Assembly (NCBI GenBank): GCA_016784875.1
Contig: JADHTX010000001.1
Location: forward strand, 1-51,730
DNA: 51,730 nucleotides
Source: Methylobacter sp.
GTDB taxonomy: Bacteria > Pseudomonadota > Gammaproteobacteria > Methylococcales > Methylomonadaceae
Reading direction: 5' to 3'
A program made the translations under genes and the position numbers. The notes under the pieces were generated by a model. The model searched no databases. It was not told the DNA's origin and saw only the letters and a list, made by a program, of their open reading frames with translations. The first letter of the stretch is position 1, and each line of letters opens with the position of its first letter. This document shows, piece by piece, positions 30,186 through 39,802 of this stretch.

Positions 30186-30187
30186 TT

Positions 30188-31471
30188 ATGAATTACCAAA
30201 GACCGCAAGAAGATTTGCTTAAATCGCGACTTAGCGAATCCGTTCATTTTATTAATCTGCTGGCAGGCCCAAGACAAGTCGGCAAGACCACCATCATTCG
30301 GGATCTTATCTCGCAGATTCTAACTCAAGGTTACTACATCTCGGTTGATGAAGAACCGGCCAAGGCTAATGATGTTTATAGCTTGGACAGTCCCCTTTCT
30401 ACTGTTTCGCCGCCACAAAAAAAGGATGCCGCTTGGTTGCAATTTCAGTGGCAAGAAGCCAGAAACCGCACAGCTCAATGGCTAAAGTCGAGGCAAAATA
30501 CCGGCAAGAACGAACCCATTGCAGCCTTTATTTTTGCTATCGACGAAGTCCAGAAAATCGAACAGTGGTCGGACATAGTTAAAGGCCTATGGGACGCCGA
30601 TAGGACTAATGGCGTTCCCATGCATGTTGTGTTGCTGGGCTCCGCACCTCTGCTCATGCAAAAAGGCTTGTCCGAAAGCCTAGCCGGGCGCTATGAAGTG
30701 ATTCCCGTCAGTCACTGGGGATTCACCGAAATGCAGCAAGCTTTTGGTTTTAGCTTAGAACAATACATTTATTTTGGTGGTTATCCCGGTAGCGCGTGGC
30801 TAATCAAAGATGAAACCCGTTGGCGGCGCTATGTGAGGGAAAGCTTGATCCAACCCAATATTGAAAAAGATATTTTGCAAATGGTGCGTATCAAAAATCC
30901 TATGCTGCTAAAACAACTTTTCGAATTGGGTTGTCATTATTCTGGCCAGGAATTGTCGCTGACCAAAATGATTGATGCTATCAACGAAGCAAAACACACC
31001 GAGACACTGGCAGATTATCTGCATTTATTAGCTGAAGCGAAATTGCTGACCGGATTACAAAAATATGCGGCGCAAGAAGTCCGTAAACGCAACTCAGCTC
31101 CAAAGCTCCACGTCTTTAATACAGCCTTGATGTCGGCAATTCAGGATTACAGCTTCGCCGAAGCGCAGGCTGATAGGAGTTATTGGGGCAGATTAGTGGA
31201 AAGCTGCGTCGGCGCGCATCTGCTTAATACCTGCGACGAAGATACCAAGCTTTATTACTGGCGTGAAGGCAATCAGGAAGTCGATTTCATCTTGGCTAAA
31301 GGGAGAAAATTGGCCGCTATAGAAGTGAAAAGCGCGCCTAATCCGGTGTTGTCAAAAGGTTTGGATGTATTCGGTCAAAAGTACAGCCATGCCAGAAAGA
31401 TTTTAGTGGGGAATGGCGGTGTAGCACTGGCAGAATTTTTATCTCAGCCTGCCGATTATTGGTTGGATTAA
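30188..31471 (+). CDS. AAA_14-type ATPase with C-terminal DUF4143/PD-(D/E)xK-like domain
   Basis: GPRQVGKTT Walker A, IDEVQK Walker B, ESLAGR, GGYPG, YYWREGNQEVDFI...AIEVKS. Confidence 0.88.
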   Translation: MNYQRPQEDLLKSRLSESVHFINLLAGPRQVGKTTIIRDLISQILTQGYYISVDEEPAKANDVYSLDSPLSTVSPPQKKDAAWLQFQWQEARNRTAQWLKSRQNTGKNEPIAAFIFAIDEVQKIEQWSDIVKGLWDADRTNGVPMHVVLLGSAPLLMQKGLSESLAGRYEVIPVSHWGFTEMQQAFGFSLEQYIYFGGYPGSAWLIKDETRWRRYVRESLIQPNIEKDILQMVRIKNPMLLKQLFELGCHYSGQELSLTKMIDAINEAKHTETLADYLHLLAEAKLLTGLQKYAAQEVRKRNSAPKLHVFNTALMSAIQDYSFAEAQADRSYWGRLVESCVGAHLLNTCDEDTKLYYWREGNQEVDFILAKGRKLAAIEVKSAPNPVLSKGLDVFGQKYSHARKILVGNGGVALAEFLSQPADYWLD

Positions 31472-31475
31472 AATC

Positions 31476-34400
31476 ATGTACCACGTTCCGCGTACCTGCA
31501 CCGAAAAAAAAATTGATGATGGGGTCGAGAGTCGTCCAATTACCGACTTCAGGGAGAGGGCAGCCTATGTCTTGCTGGGCGAGCCCGGCGCAGGAAAATC
31601 AACCCTATTCGAAGAAGAAGCCGATAACACCGTCAACGGCCTTTGCATTTCCGCCCGCGATTTCATCGTTCTCGACCCAAAGGAATGGCGGGATAAAACC
31701 TTATTTATCGATGGCCTGGATGAAGCAAGAGCGGGCAAAGACGATGCCCGCACGCCGTTAGACGCCATTCGCGGCAGACTCAGTCAATTAGGCTGTAAAT
31801 GTTTCCGTATTTCCTGCCGGGAAGCCGACTGGCTGGGTTCACCCGATGCCAATGATTTGGAAAGAATCAGCCCTAACCAGGCAATAACCATTCTGCATTT
31901 AAACCCGCTTAGCAGTGACGACATTGAGCAGATAGTAAACAACGATCAGCGAGTGCCTGATCCGAACGGCTTTATTGAAAAAGTCGAACAACTCGGCTTG
32001 TCCGGTTTGCTAAACAACCCGCAAACCTTGGATATGCTGATTAATGCTGACATAGGTGGTCATGCGAGGCCGAAAAGTAAACAGGAAGTTTATGAATTGG
32101 CCTGTAAACAACTGGCATCCGAATTTAATGACGATCATGCCGTAACGCAAACAGCCACGATCCCACAATTAATGGAAGCGGCAGGTTTTTTGTGCGCGGT
32201 ACAACTTATCGCAAATATTTCCGGCTTCACTGAAGGCCAAGCCGGGGAAGGCCGGTTGAGCCTAAAAGAATTGACCATTCCGAATGACTTACCCATACAC
32301 GCTGCCTTAAAAACGCGGTTATTTAACAAGGTCGGAAATAATGAGTTCAGCTACATACATCGCAGTGTGGCGGAATATCTGGCGGCACAATTCATAGCGG
32401 GAAAAATCAATCAAGGCTTATTGATTAACAGGGTACTGGCGCTAACCAGTGGTTTTGATGGTGGTATAGTCGCTGCCTTGCGCGGGTTAATGGCTTGGTT
32501 GAGTGTGCATTCCGAGCAAGCGCGGGAGCGTTTGATTGAGATTGATCCTGTCGGCATCATCGTCAATGGCGATGCGTTGCTTTTTCCCAGACAAGCTAAA
32601 TCCCAATTATTTCTCGCTCTGATTAGGGAGGCAGAAACTACCGCTTTCCCTAATCGGGATTGGCATACCACAGCATTCGCAGCAATCACCACTAGGGACA
32701 TGGCGAATGAGCTAATCGAGATACTGAACAGCCAGAGTCGTAATGATGGTGAGCAATTCCTTTTGTACTGTTTATTAAAAGGTTTGTCCTGTTCCGAGTC
32801 GATAGCGGAAATCAAAGTATCGTTGCTAGCGATTATTCGTGACAACTCCTATTGGGAGGCAATACGTGGTAATGCACTCAATGCATTTCTTCATCAATAT
32901 CCCGAAGACCTGGATAGCTTGTTGCTATTGGCCGAGGATATTCGACAAGGCAAAGTTGAGGAAACAGAAAATGGCCTTATGGAAACATTGCTGGACAGGT
33001 TATTTCCAGCAAAAATTGGTGCTTCCAACCTACTCAAATACCTAATACCGCCAAAAAATAATCGCGTCATTCTTTATCATTATTTTTGGCGGACGATTCT
33101 ATCAGAACGTTTAACAGATATTGATCTTGCCGTAATCCTCGACCAGCTTTTTGAACTGGGATCAGTTTTCTGGGAAGGCGTGCATGAGGATTTTATTGTC
33201 GAGACGGTGGGACAATTATTAATACGGGGTTTGCAGGTTCATGGATTAAACATTAGCTCTGAGCGACTCTATCGTTGGCTGTCCATCGGTATAGATCAGT
33301 ATGATGATTGTAGGCTCACACTAGAACAGCGTCAGCAAATCGCTAACTGGATTGACTCCCATCCTGATTGTTACCTAACAGCTATCCGTGAAGGATTAAA
33401 GCAAATAAAAGACTTTGAAAATATCAATTGGGAAATTCATAAAATATTTTCACGATTACACGGCGCCACTCCGCCCAATAACCTTGCGCAGTGGTGGCTT
33501 AATCAAGCGCTATCGGAAACCGACATCAAATTGAGCTGTGCTTATTTTGAACAGGCATTCGTAACACTGTACGACCAACAGAACGATAGTGACTTATCCC
33601 TGGATTATTTTGTTGATTGGTTAGAAGATCATCCCGAATTCCGTGACACTTATCAGAACTTGACTTATTGCGTTATTCCAGACTGGCGACTTAAACGTGC
33701 TAACTCAACACAAAAATGGGCGAACCAACGTGATGAAGAACAACGCAAAAAACTGAGCTACTTACATGAACATCAAGCGCAAATTGCCGACGGCAGCGCA
33801 CCTCCGCAACTCTTTCATCAGCTGGCGATAGCGTTTAATCACCGTGTCCAAATCAGCGGCAAATCACGCGAAGAACGTTTATCTGAGTTTCTGAATGGCG
33901 ATGAAATACTTATAGCCTCTGCAAAAGCTGGTTTCCGAAAAATACTACAACGAACCGACTTGCCAACGTCTCATGAGATATACAAGTCGGCGGCAAAAAG
34001 CGGTGAGTACCATTACATCCGCCTACCTTTTCTGGTTTGCATGGATACGCTTTATCAGGAAAATCCTGCCATGCTCGAAATACTAAGTGATGAGTTACTT
34101 AGCAAAGCCGTGGCTTTTTGTTATGCGGAAGGTAATTCTCATGAAGCTTGGCTTAAATCGCTTTGTCAGTCGAAGCCGGAATTAGTCTCACGCTTATTTA
34201 TCGATTATGTCGTCGCGCTTTTAGCTGCTAAAAGTCAATTTATTCATGGACTGCATAATCTGGCTTATGACCAAGATTTCCAGAAAATTACCCAGCTGAC
34301 GGTTATGCCTTTGCTCAATAAATATCCGGTTAGAGGTTATAAAAATCATATTACCCATCTCCATTACCTGCTTGACGCCGCTATTGCAAACATTGATAAG

Positions 34401-35477
34401 CAGGAGTTGTTAACGCTGATTGAAAAAAAGCTGGCTTGTAAAGGTATGGACTTAGCTCAACACATTTACTGGCTTGCTGCCGGTCTGGTCATAGCGCCCG
34501 GAGTATATGAGGCCAAAATCAAACAAACTCTTTTAGGAAAAAGCGAACGTATCAATCGTTTGTCCGATTTTTTGTGCCCAAGTTTTGTATCAAAAATGTA
34601 CGACAGATACGACTTTCCTGCATCAACTAAAGGAATGTTGATCGAATTATTCGCACCACGCTGCAATCCTGAATGGCCTAGAGGCGGTGGCATTGTGACA
34701 CGCGCAATGGAAGAAAGGGACTATGTTCGATTTTTACTCAACAGCCTTGCTTACAATCCCGGCGAGGACAGTGCAGTAATTTTGGCCGATTTACTGAAAC
34801 AATCTGAATTAAGCGCTTGGCATACACAAATTCAAAACGCCCAACAAACCCAACAACTAAGCCGCAGAGAAGCATTGTTCAAACATCCCAATGCTATGCA
34901 GGTTATAAATACGCTCGGCAATTCAAAACCGGCTAATGTCGCTGATTTAGCGGCACTGACTGTTGATTGCTTGGAGCAACTTGCAGCAGAAATGCATGGC
35001 AGCAATACCGATAGCTATAAACATTTTTGGAACTTAAAACCCGACAGCCCCAAAGACGAAAATGAATGCCGTAATTATTCAGTTGTAAGACTCAAACCAT
35101 TGCTTTTGCCGTATGGTGTCAGCGTCGAACTTGAAGCTTATCAAGCCAAACAGAAACGTGCAGATATGACAGTATCATTTACTGGCGAAGGTAAAACATT
35201 CTACCTTCCTATCGAAATTAAACGCGATTATAACGATAAATTATGGAAAACCATCCACGAACAACTGATACCTTTTTACACCATTGCACCGGAAACCGAA
35301 GGCCGAGGCCTATTTTTAGTCATTTGGTTTAATTATGCAAAAATACCTACCCATCCTAAAGGCCTGCCTCCGCCAAAGTCAGCGGAACATTTAGCCGCGA
35401 TGCTTAAAGATACAATGACGCAGCAGGAACAAAAACTGATTAATATTTTTGTACTTGATGTTTCAAAAAAACACTAA
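31476..35477 (+). CDS. Large NACHT/STAND-type NTPase with C-terminal PD-(D/E)xK-like domain
   Basis: VLLGEPGAGKST, LFIDGLDE, RISCR, NNPQTL, YIHRSVAEYLAA; long Leu-rich helical middle; C-terminal KRADM...LPIEIK. Confidence 0.75.
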   Translation: MYHVPRTCTEKKIDDGVESRPITDFRERAAYVLLGEPGAGKSTLFEEEADNTVNGLCISARDFIVLDPKEWRDKTLFIDGLDEARAGKDDARTPLDAIRGRLSQLGCKCFRISCREADWLGSPDANDLERISPNQAITILHLNPLSSDDIEQIVNNDQRVPDPNGFIEKVEQLGLSGLLNNPQTLDMLINADIGGHARPKSKQEVYELACKQLASEFNDDHAVTQTATIPQLMEAAGFLCAVQLIANISGFTEGQAGEGRLSLKELTIPNDLPIHAALKTRLFNKVGNNEFSYIHRSVAEYLAAQFIAGKINQGLLINRVLALTSGFDGGIVAALRGLMAWLSVHSEQARERLIEIDPVGIIVNGDALLFPRQAKSQLFLALIREAETTAFPNRDWHTTAFAAITTRDMANELIEILNSQSRNDGEQFLLYCLLKGLSCSESIAEIKVSLLAIIRDNSYWEAIRGNALNAFLHQYPEDLDSLLLLAEDIRQGKVEETENGLMETLLDRLFPAKIGASNLLKYLIPPKNNRVILYHYFWRTILSERLTDIDLAVILDQLFELGSVFWEGVHEDFIVETVGQLLIRGLQVHGLNISSERLYRWLSIGIDQYDDCRLTLEQRQQIANWIDSHPDCYLTAIREGLKQIKDFENINWEIHKIFSRLHGATPPNNLAQWWLNQALSETDIKLSCAYFEQAFVTLYDQQNDSDLSLDYFVDWLEDHPEFRDTYQNLTYCVIPDWRLKRANSTQKWANQRDEEQRKKLSYLHEHQAQIADGSAPPQLFHQLAIAFNHRVQISGKSREERLSEFLNGDEILIASAKAGFRKILQRTDLPTSHEIYKSAAKSGEYHYIRLPFLVCMDTLYQENPAMLEILSDELLSKAVAFCYAEGNSHEAWLKSLCQSKPELVSRLFIDYVVALLAAKSQFIHGLHNLAYDQDFQKITQLTVMPLLNKYPVRGYKNHITHLHYLLDAAIANIDKQELLTLIEKKLACKGMDLAQHIYWLAAGLVIAPGVYEAKIKQTLLGKSERINRLSDFLCPSFVSKMYDRYDFPASTKGMLIELFAPRCNPEWPRGGGIVTRAMEERDYVRFLLNSLAYNPGEDSAVILADLLKQSELSAWHTQIQNAQQTQQLSRREALFKHPNAMQVINTLGNSKPANVADLAALTVDCLEQLAAEMHGSNTDSYKHFWNLKPDSPKDENECRNYSVVRLKPLLLPYGVSVELEAYQAKQKRADMTVSFTGEGKTFYLPIEIKRDYNDKLWKTIHEQLIPFYTIAPETEGRGLFLVIWFNYAKIPTHPKGLPPPKSAEHLAAMLKDTMTQQEQKLINIFVLDVSKKH

Positions 35478-35903
35478 ATCGTTTTATCAATCATGTGTTC
35501 AGAGCATGGAAATACAAGGTTTTCGATGAGCGCCAGTCAAACTCGACAAACTGAAAGCAGTTTGTGATGATTCACCCACGAAGGACAGCTAAGACTAACA
35601 TCAGAGTCATTGAGAGTGATTAAATGTTAGTGGCAGCATTGGGTCGACTTGAGACGGTCAATGCCCGATGCTGCTTAGAATTTTTAGAAACTGCCAAGTT
35701 AAGTCCAGAGCTTTACATTTTATCTTTTACTTTGAGCGGCACAGGCAACCGAGCACCTTACTCGGAAAGTTACTTGGTCTTTTCCTTCATTGTAAAAATT
35801 AACTTATAAATGACTGAGTTTTATTTGCACCCTTTAGATCGACGGTAGTGCTTTATCTCCTGCATCCCTGTATTCATAGCGCGAAACTGTCAAGCTACAT
35901 AAT

Positions 35904-36458
35904 TTAAAGCGGATGTTGATCCGATGAGGGTGCAGGCGATGGTTTTTTATCCGATCTGTCTGTCGCAGGTTCGTCATCAATGTCGTCATAGCCGAACAGG
36001 CCTGAGATCATTTCCCATAGGGTTTTATCAAGATCCCGCTTGGGTACATCGACTGTGGTTTCCTCCGATAATTTAATAACGGGAACTTCGCTAGGTTTAA
36101 AATCGCCTTGCACGCCGATCAGTTGGTCATTATCAAAGTACAATGAAATTCTTTTTTGTTGTCTGCTTCCTCCGTCCAATTGCGCCGAATAGAGGTAGTC
36201 CCAGCGTTTCTGATGGAAAAAATCAATCAGCATCGGCGAACCCATTATGTACAGCACTTGGCGTTTGTTCATATTGGGCCTGAGTTGGTCAATCATGTCT
36301 TGATCGACCATATTGCCTTGCTGGACATCAACGGTATAGACGCCGGGCAGGTTGGTCAGGATGGTGGAGCATGATGCGAGTGTCAGGCTTGCCGCAATTG
36401 CAAGGATGCAGGAGTAGCGGTTTCCACGTAGGGGTAAAGCAAAAAGCGGCTTTCTCAT
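35904..36458 (-). CDS. bamE: Outer membrane protein assembly factor BamE
   Basis: Lipobox LASC, DVQQGN, L.P.M.K.QV.YIMGSP, RWDY; divergent from fur. Confidence 0.93.
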   Translation of the reverse strand: MRKPLFALPLRGNRYSCILAIAASLTLASCSTILTNLPGVYTVDVQQGNMVDQDMIDQLRPNMNKRQVLYIMGSPMLIDFFHQKRWDYLYSAQLDGGSRQQKRISLYFDNDQLIGVQGDFKPSEVPVIKLSEETTVDVPKRDLDKTLWEMISGLFGYDDIDDEPATDRSDKKPSPAPSSDQHPL

Positions 36459-36607
36459 TTGAGGCTGCGGATGTGTTATTAAATTTAAAATGATACAGGA
36501 TGTTAAACAATTATCCTATAAAACTGTCATGCGCAAATGGTCAAAAAAAGGCTACAATGCGCGCAGTTCTATATAAAGCTGCCTGTACAAGGCATAATCG
36601 GAGATTA

Positions 36608-37027
36608 ATGTTGGAAACTCATGATTTAAGGAATGCAGGCCTGAAGGTGACGTTGCCTCGAGTCAAGATTCTGCAAATTTTAGAAAAGCAGGTTGATGAG
36701 CGTCATTTAACCGCTGAACAGGTTTATAAGATACTGTTGAGTGAGGATGAGGAAATCGGCTTGGCTACGGTGTATCGAGTTTTAACGCAATTTGAAGCTG
36801 CGGGGTTGGTGACTCGTCATCACTTTGAAGGCGGCAACTCTGTTTTTGAGCTGGATAAAGGGACGCATCATGATCATATACTGTGCATGAAGTGCGGAAG
36901 AGTAGATGAATTTACCGATGAAGTTATTGAGGTTCGGCAAAAGGAAATTGCCGAAAAACTGGGCTATGAGTTGACCGACCACGGCCTTTACTTATACGGT
37001 TTTTGTACTCAGTGCAGGAAATCCTGA
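36608..37027 (+). CDS. fur: Ferric uptake regulator
   Basis: AGLKVTLPRVKIL, IGLATVYRVLTQFE, HHDH..C..CG; ATG 36608 after GGAG. Confidence 0.96.
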   Translation: MLETHDLRNAGLKVTLPRVKILQILEKQVDERHLTAEQVYKILLSEDEEIGLATVYRVLTQFEAAGLVTRHHFEGGNSVFELDKGTHHDHILCMKCGRVDEFTDEVIEVRQKEIAEKLGYELTDHGLYLYGFCTQCRKS

Positions 37028-37053
37028 TTTTTTAATTTTAACTTGTAGACTTC

Positions 37054-38301
37054 ATGTTTAAACCTCTCATTTTTTATATCGGCTTGCGCTATACGCGGGC
37101 CAAACGCCGAACTCAGTTCATTTCTTTTATTACCTTAACTTCCGTTCTGGGCATTGCTTTGGGCGTTACTGCGCTGATTGCGGTGTTGTCGGTGATGAAC
37201 GGTTTTGAAGCCGAATTGCGCGAGCGAATACTCGGCATGACTTCTCACGCGACGGTTACCGGAAATTACGGTCAGTTGGATAATTGGCGGGAGCTGGAAC
37301 AGAAATTAACAGATTATCCTCATGTAGAAGGCGTAGCGCCATTTATTAACGGGCAGGTAATGATTAATGCAGATCGACGCGTCAGCGGCACTATGCTGAA
37401 CGGGATTTTGCCGGAATATGAATCCAGAGTGTCGGAAGTCGCCGATAAAATGAAGGAAGGCAAGCTGTCTGATCTGGTTCCGGGCGAATATGGGATTGTT
37501 TTAGGCGTGGAACTGGCCAATTATTTGGGCGTGTTCATGGGCGAAAAAATTACCGTGATCAGTCCGCAGATTAATTCAACGCCAGCCGGCATTGTGCCGC
37601 GTATGCGCCGCTTTACCGTGGTCGGTATTTTCAAGGTAGGTATGTACGAATATGATCGCAATATGGCGATGATTCATATTGATGATGCGGCTAAATTATT
37701 TCGTTTAGAAGGCGCAGTTTCAGGTCTGAGAATCAAGCTGGACGATTTGTTTAATGCGCCGAAAATAACCCATGATCTGTCAAAAGCGTTGTATGACAAT
37801 TATCAGGTCAGCGATTGGACGCAGGCGCACAGCAATTTCTTTCGGGCGATACAAACCGAAAAACGGGTGATGTTTATTATCCTGTTGCTGATTGTGGCGG
37901 TGGCCGCTTTTAATATCGTTTCGACCTTGGTAATGGTGGTTACCGATAAGCGCGGCGATATTGCTATTTTAAAAACGCAGGGACTCACGGCAGGTTCGGT
38001 GATGGGGATTTTTATGGTTTTGGGTGCGGTAATCGGCGCTGTCGGCACGGCACTTGGAACAGTTGGCGGAGTGTTGCTGGCTTTGAATGTTGAAACTATC
38101 GTGCCGGCGATTGAAAAATTATTTCAGGTTCAGTTTATGGCGGCTGATGTCTATTACATCAGCGAACTGCCGTCCAAACTGGTTTGGTCTGATGTCTATG
38201 TCATAGCGGGCATGGCCTTTTTCTTGTCGTTATTGGCGACTATTTATCCTGCCTGGCAGGCAGCCAAAGTCAATCCAGCGGAAGTTCTCAGATATGAATA
38301 A
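37054..38301 (+). CDS. Lipoprotein-releasing ABC transporter permease (LolC/E)
   Basis: GLRYTRAKRR..FISFI, VLSVMNGF, AAFNIVSTLVMVVTDK, YPAW.AA...PAEVLRYE. Confidence 0.95.
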   Translation: MFKPLIFYIGLRYTRAKRRTQFISFITLTSVLGIALGVTALIAVLSVMNGFEAELRERILGMTSHATVTGNYGQLDNWRELEQKLTDYPHVEGVAPFINGQVMINADRRVSGTMLNGILPEYESRVSEVADKMKEGKLSDLVPGEYGIVLGVELANYLGVFMGEKITVISPQINSTPAGIVPRMRRFTVVGIFKVGMYEYDRNMAMIHIDDAAKLFRLEGAVSGLRIKLDDLFNAPKITHDLSKALYDNYQVSDWTQAHSNFFRAIQTEKRVMFIILLLIVAVAAFNIVSTLVMVVTDKRGDIAILKTQGLTAGSVMGIFMVLGAVIGAVGTALGTVGGVLLALNVETIVPAIEKLFQVQFMAADVYYISELPSKLVWSDVYVIAGMAFFLSLLATIYPAWQAAKVNPAEVLRYE

Positions 38302-38977
38302 TACCAGCATCTTGCAATGCCAGCAGTTAACCATGCGCTATGATCAGGGTGGGCTGGATGTTGAGGTTTTAAAAGGGGTCGATTTAAGTATCGGCGTTGG
38401 CGAGCGTGTTGCGATTATGGGCGCGTCGGGTTCCGGAAAAAGTACGTTGTTGCATCTGCTGGGGGGGCTTGAAAAACCCAGCGGCGGCAGAGTGGTTTTG
38501 GACGGTGTTAATCTTCAAGCCGTCGGCTCCGGGCAATTGGCAAAACTAAGAAATAAATCCCTTGGCTTTATCTATCAGTCGCATCATTTATTGGGGGAGT
38601 TTACCTTACTGGAAAATGTGGCGATGCCGTTGTTGATCGCCGGTTTATCGGTAAAACTGGCTAGTCTCCGTGCGGTTGAATTATTAAAGCGGGTGGGGTT
38701 GGGGCATAGAATCGAACACAAACCCGGTGAATTGTCCGGCGGAGAAAGGCAGCGCGCTGCAGTTGCCAGAGCGTTAATTAATAAGCCCTGCGTGGTTTTG
38801 GCCGATGAACCGACCGGAAACCTGGACAGTAAAACGGCTGACCAGGTTTATCAGTTAATGCTGGAATTAAATCAGGAGCTGAATGTCAGCTTTCTGGTGG
38901 TGACCCATGATCATGAATTGGCCGCAAAAATGGGCAAAGTTCTGCACATGGAAGATGGCTTGATTTTAGGCCAATGA
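38294..38977 (+). CDS. lolD: Lipoprotein-releasing ABC transporter ATPase
   Basis: GASGSGKST, LGFIYQ.HHLL, LSGGERQR, ADEPTGNLD. Confidence 0.95.
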   Translation: MNNTSILQCQQLTMRYDQGGLDVEVLKGVDLSIGVGERVAIMGASGSGKSTLLHLLGGLEKPSGGRVVLDGVNLQAVGSGQLAKLRNKSLGFIYQSHHLLGEFTLLENVAMPLLIAGLSVKLASLRAVELLKRVGLGHRIEHKPGELSGGERQRAAVARALINKPCVVLADEPTGNLDSKTADQVYQLMLELNQELNVSFLVVTHDHELAAKMGKVLHMEDGLILGQ

Positions 38978-39142
38978 TATACTTCGCCCGGCCACGGTTG
39001 CGGATTCCTAGCGGCTGATTTTATGCCGATAGCCGCGTTGCTAAAACAGTTTCATAGCTTGCTATGCGCTTGTTTCAGCGCCTTGCTATCGACAAAAATC
39101 AACTCGCTATCATTTCCGCAACCGTAACCGTGCGAAGTATAT
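38977..39142. mobile_element. 166-bp long imperfect palindrome, ERIC-like MITE
   Basis: Ends ATATACTTCGC / GCGAAGTATAT; inner arms ACGGTTGCGGA / TCCGCAACCGT; centre CATAGC-tt-GCTATG. Confidence 0.7.
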
Positions 39143-39179
39143 AAGGCGAAAGGCAATATTTTAGCGCCTTTCGCCTTTT
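39143..39179. terminator. Bidirectional intrinsic terminator
   Basis: AAGGCGAAAGGC...GCCTTTCGCCTT followed by a T-rich tail, between convergent lolD and DUF2062 genes. Confidence 0.75.
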
Positions 39180-39185
39180 GTGTTT

Positions 39186-39725
39186 TTAGCCTTTTCCCTT
39201 TAATCTGCTTTTTTTCCGTTCTTTCCATTTTTTAGCTATGCGATGTTGCCAGTAATATTTCATGCCGAAATAGCCGCCAGCGGAAGAAAGTATGCCTAAA
39301 ATCAAACAGCCTAGTAGAAACGGCTGCCAGATATCCCCAAGCCCTGAGAGCATGGTGCTAAGTGTAAACTCAAAGTCATCGGCGCTGGATGGCTGTCCCA
39401 TCGCTAAAAGCCCGACTCGATAAGCAAAATAAAACAGCGGCGGCATGGTGATAGGGTTGGTTATCCAGACCAGCCCTACCGAAAGCGGCAGGTTGGCGCT
39501 GAAATAGATAGCGGCAGCTGCGGCAATGGCCATTTGCGTAGGGGTGGGGATCCATGCGCAAAAAAGGCCTACGGCAAAAGCCATAGCGATTGAGCGTCGG
39601 TTTAAATGCCAGAGGTTAGGCGCATGCAGTTTATCGCCCAGAAATTGAAGGCTCTTGTGGCGTTTGATTACTTCAGGATCAGGGATGAGTTTGTCGATCA
39701 GTTGTTGTATACGTTTTTTTGGCAT
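39186..39725 (-). CDS. DUF2062 domain membrane protein
   Basis: PNLWHLNRRS, FAVGLF, ANLPLSV.LVWITNP.TMPP; usual position between lolD and comEC. Confidence 0.88.
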   Translation of the reverse strand: MPKKRIQQLIDKLIPDPEVIKRHKSLQFLGDKLHAPNLWHLNRRSIAMAFAVGLFCAWIPTPTQMAIAAAAAIYFSANLPLSVGLVWITNPITMPPLFYFAYRVGLLAMGQPSSADDFEFTLSTMLSGLGDIWQPFLLGCLILGILSSAGGYFGMKYYWQHRIAKKWKERKKSRLKGKG

Positions 39726-39802
39726 CGTTATTTTTATTATTAAAGTTACACTTGCCTAAGTCTATCAGGTTTTTGTCAGCCTAAAAAATCCCAAGGTACT
39801 AA

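Noticed and set aside
29901-30187. tmRNA (ssrA) or an att site near smpB/ratA
   Set aside because: No GGGGCTG...TCCACCA tmRNA ends, no integrase, and no direct repeat shared with the right flank of the ATPase module that I could find.
35633-35674. Hairpin GCAGCATTGGG...CCCGATGCTGC as an integron attC site
   Set aside because: Lacks clear RYYYAAC/GTTRRRY core boxes, appears once, and no intI is present; could be a terminator or repeat remnant.
39679-39689. Further CAGGGATG cores (also about 11795 and 48385) as copies of the 51-bp element
   Set aside because: Only the 8-mer matches; no second hairpin and no sign of an insertion in the host proteins.
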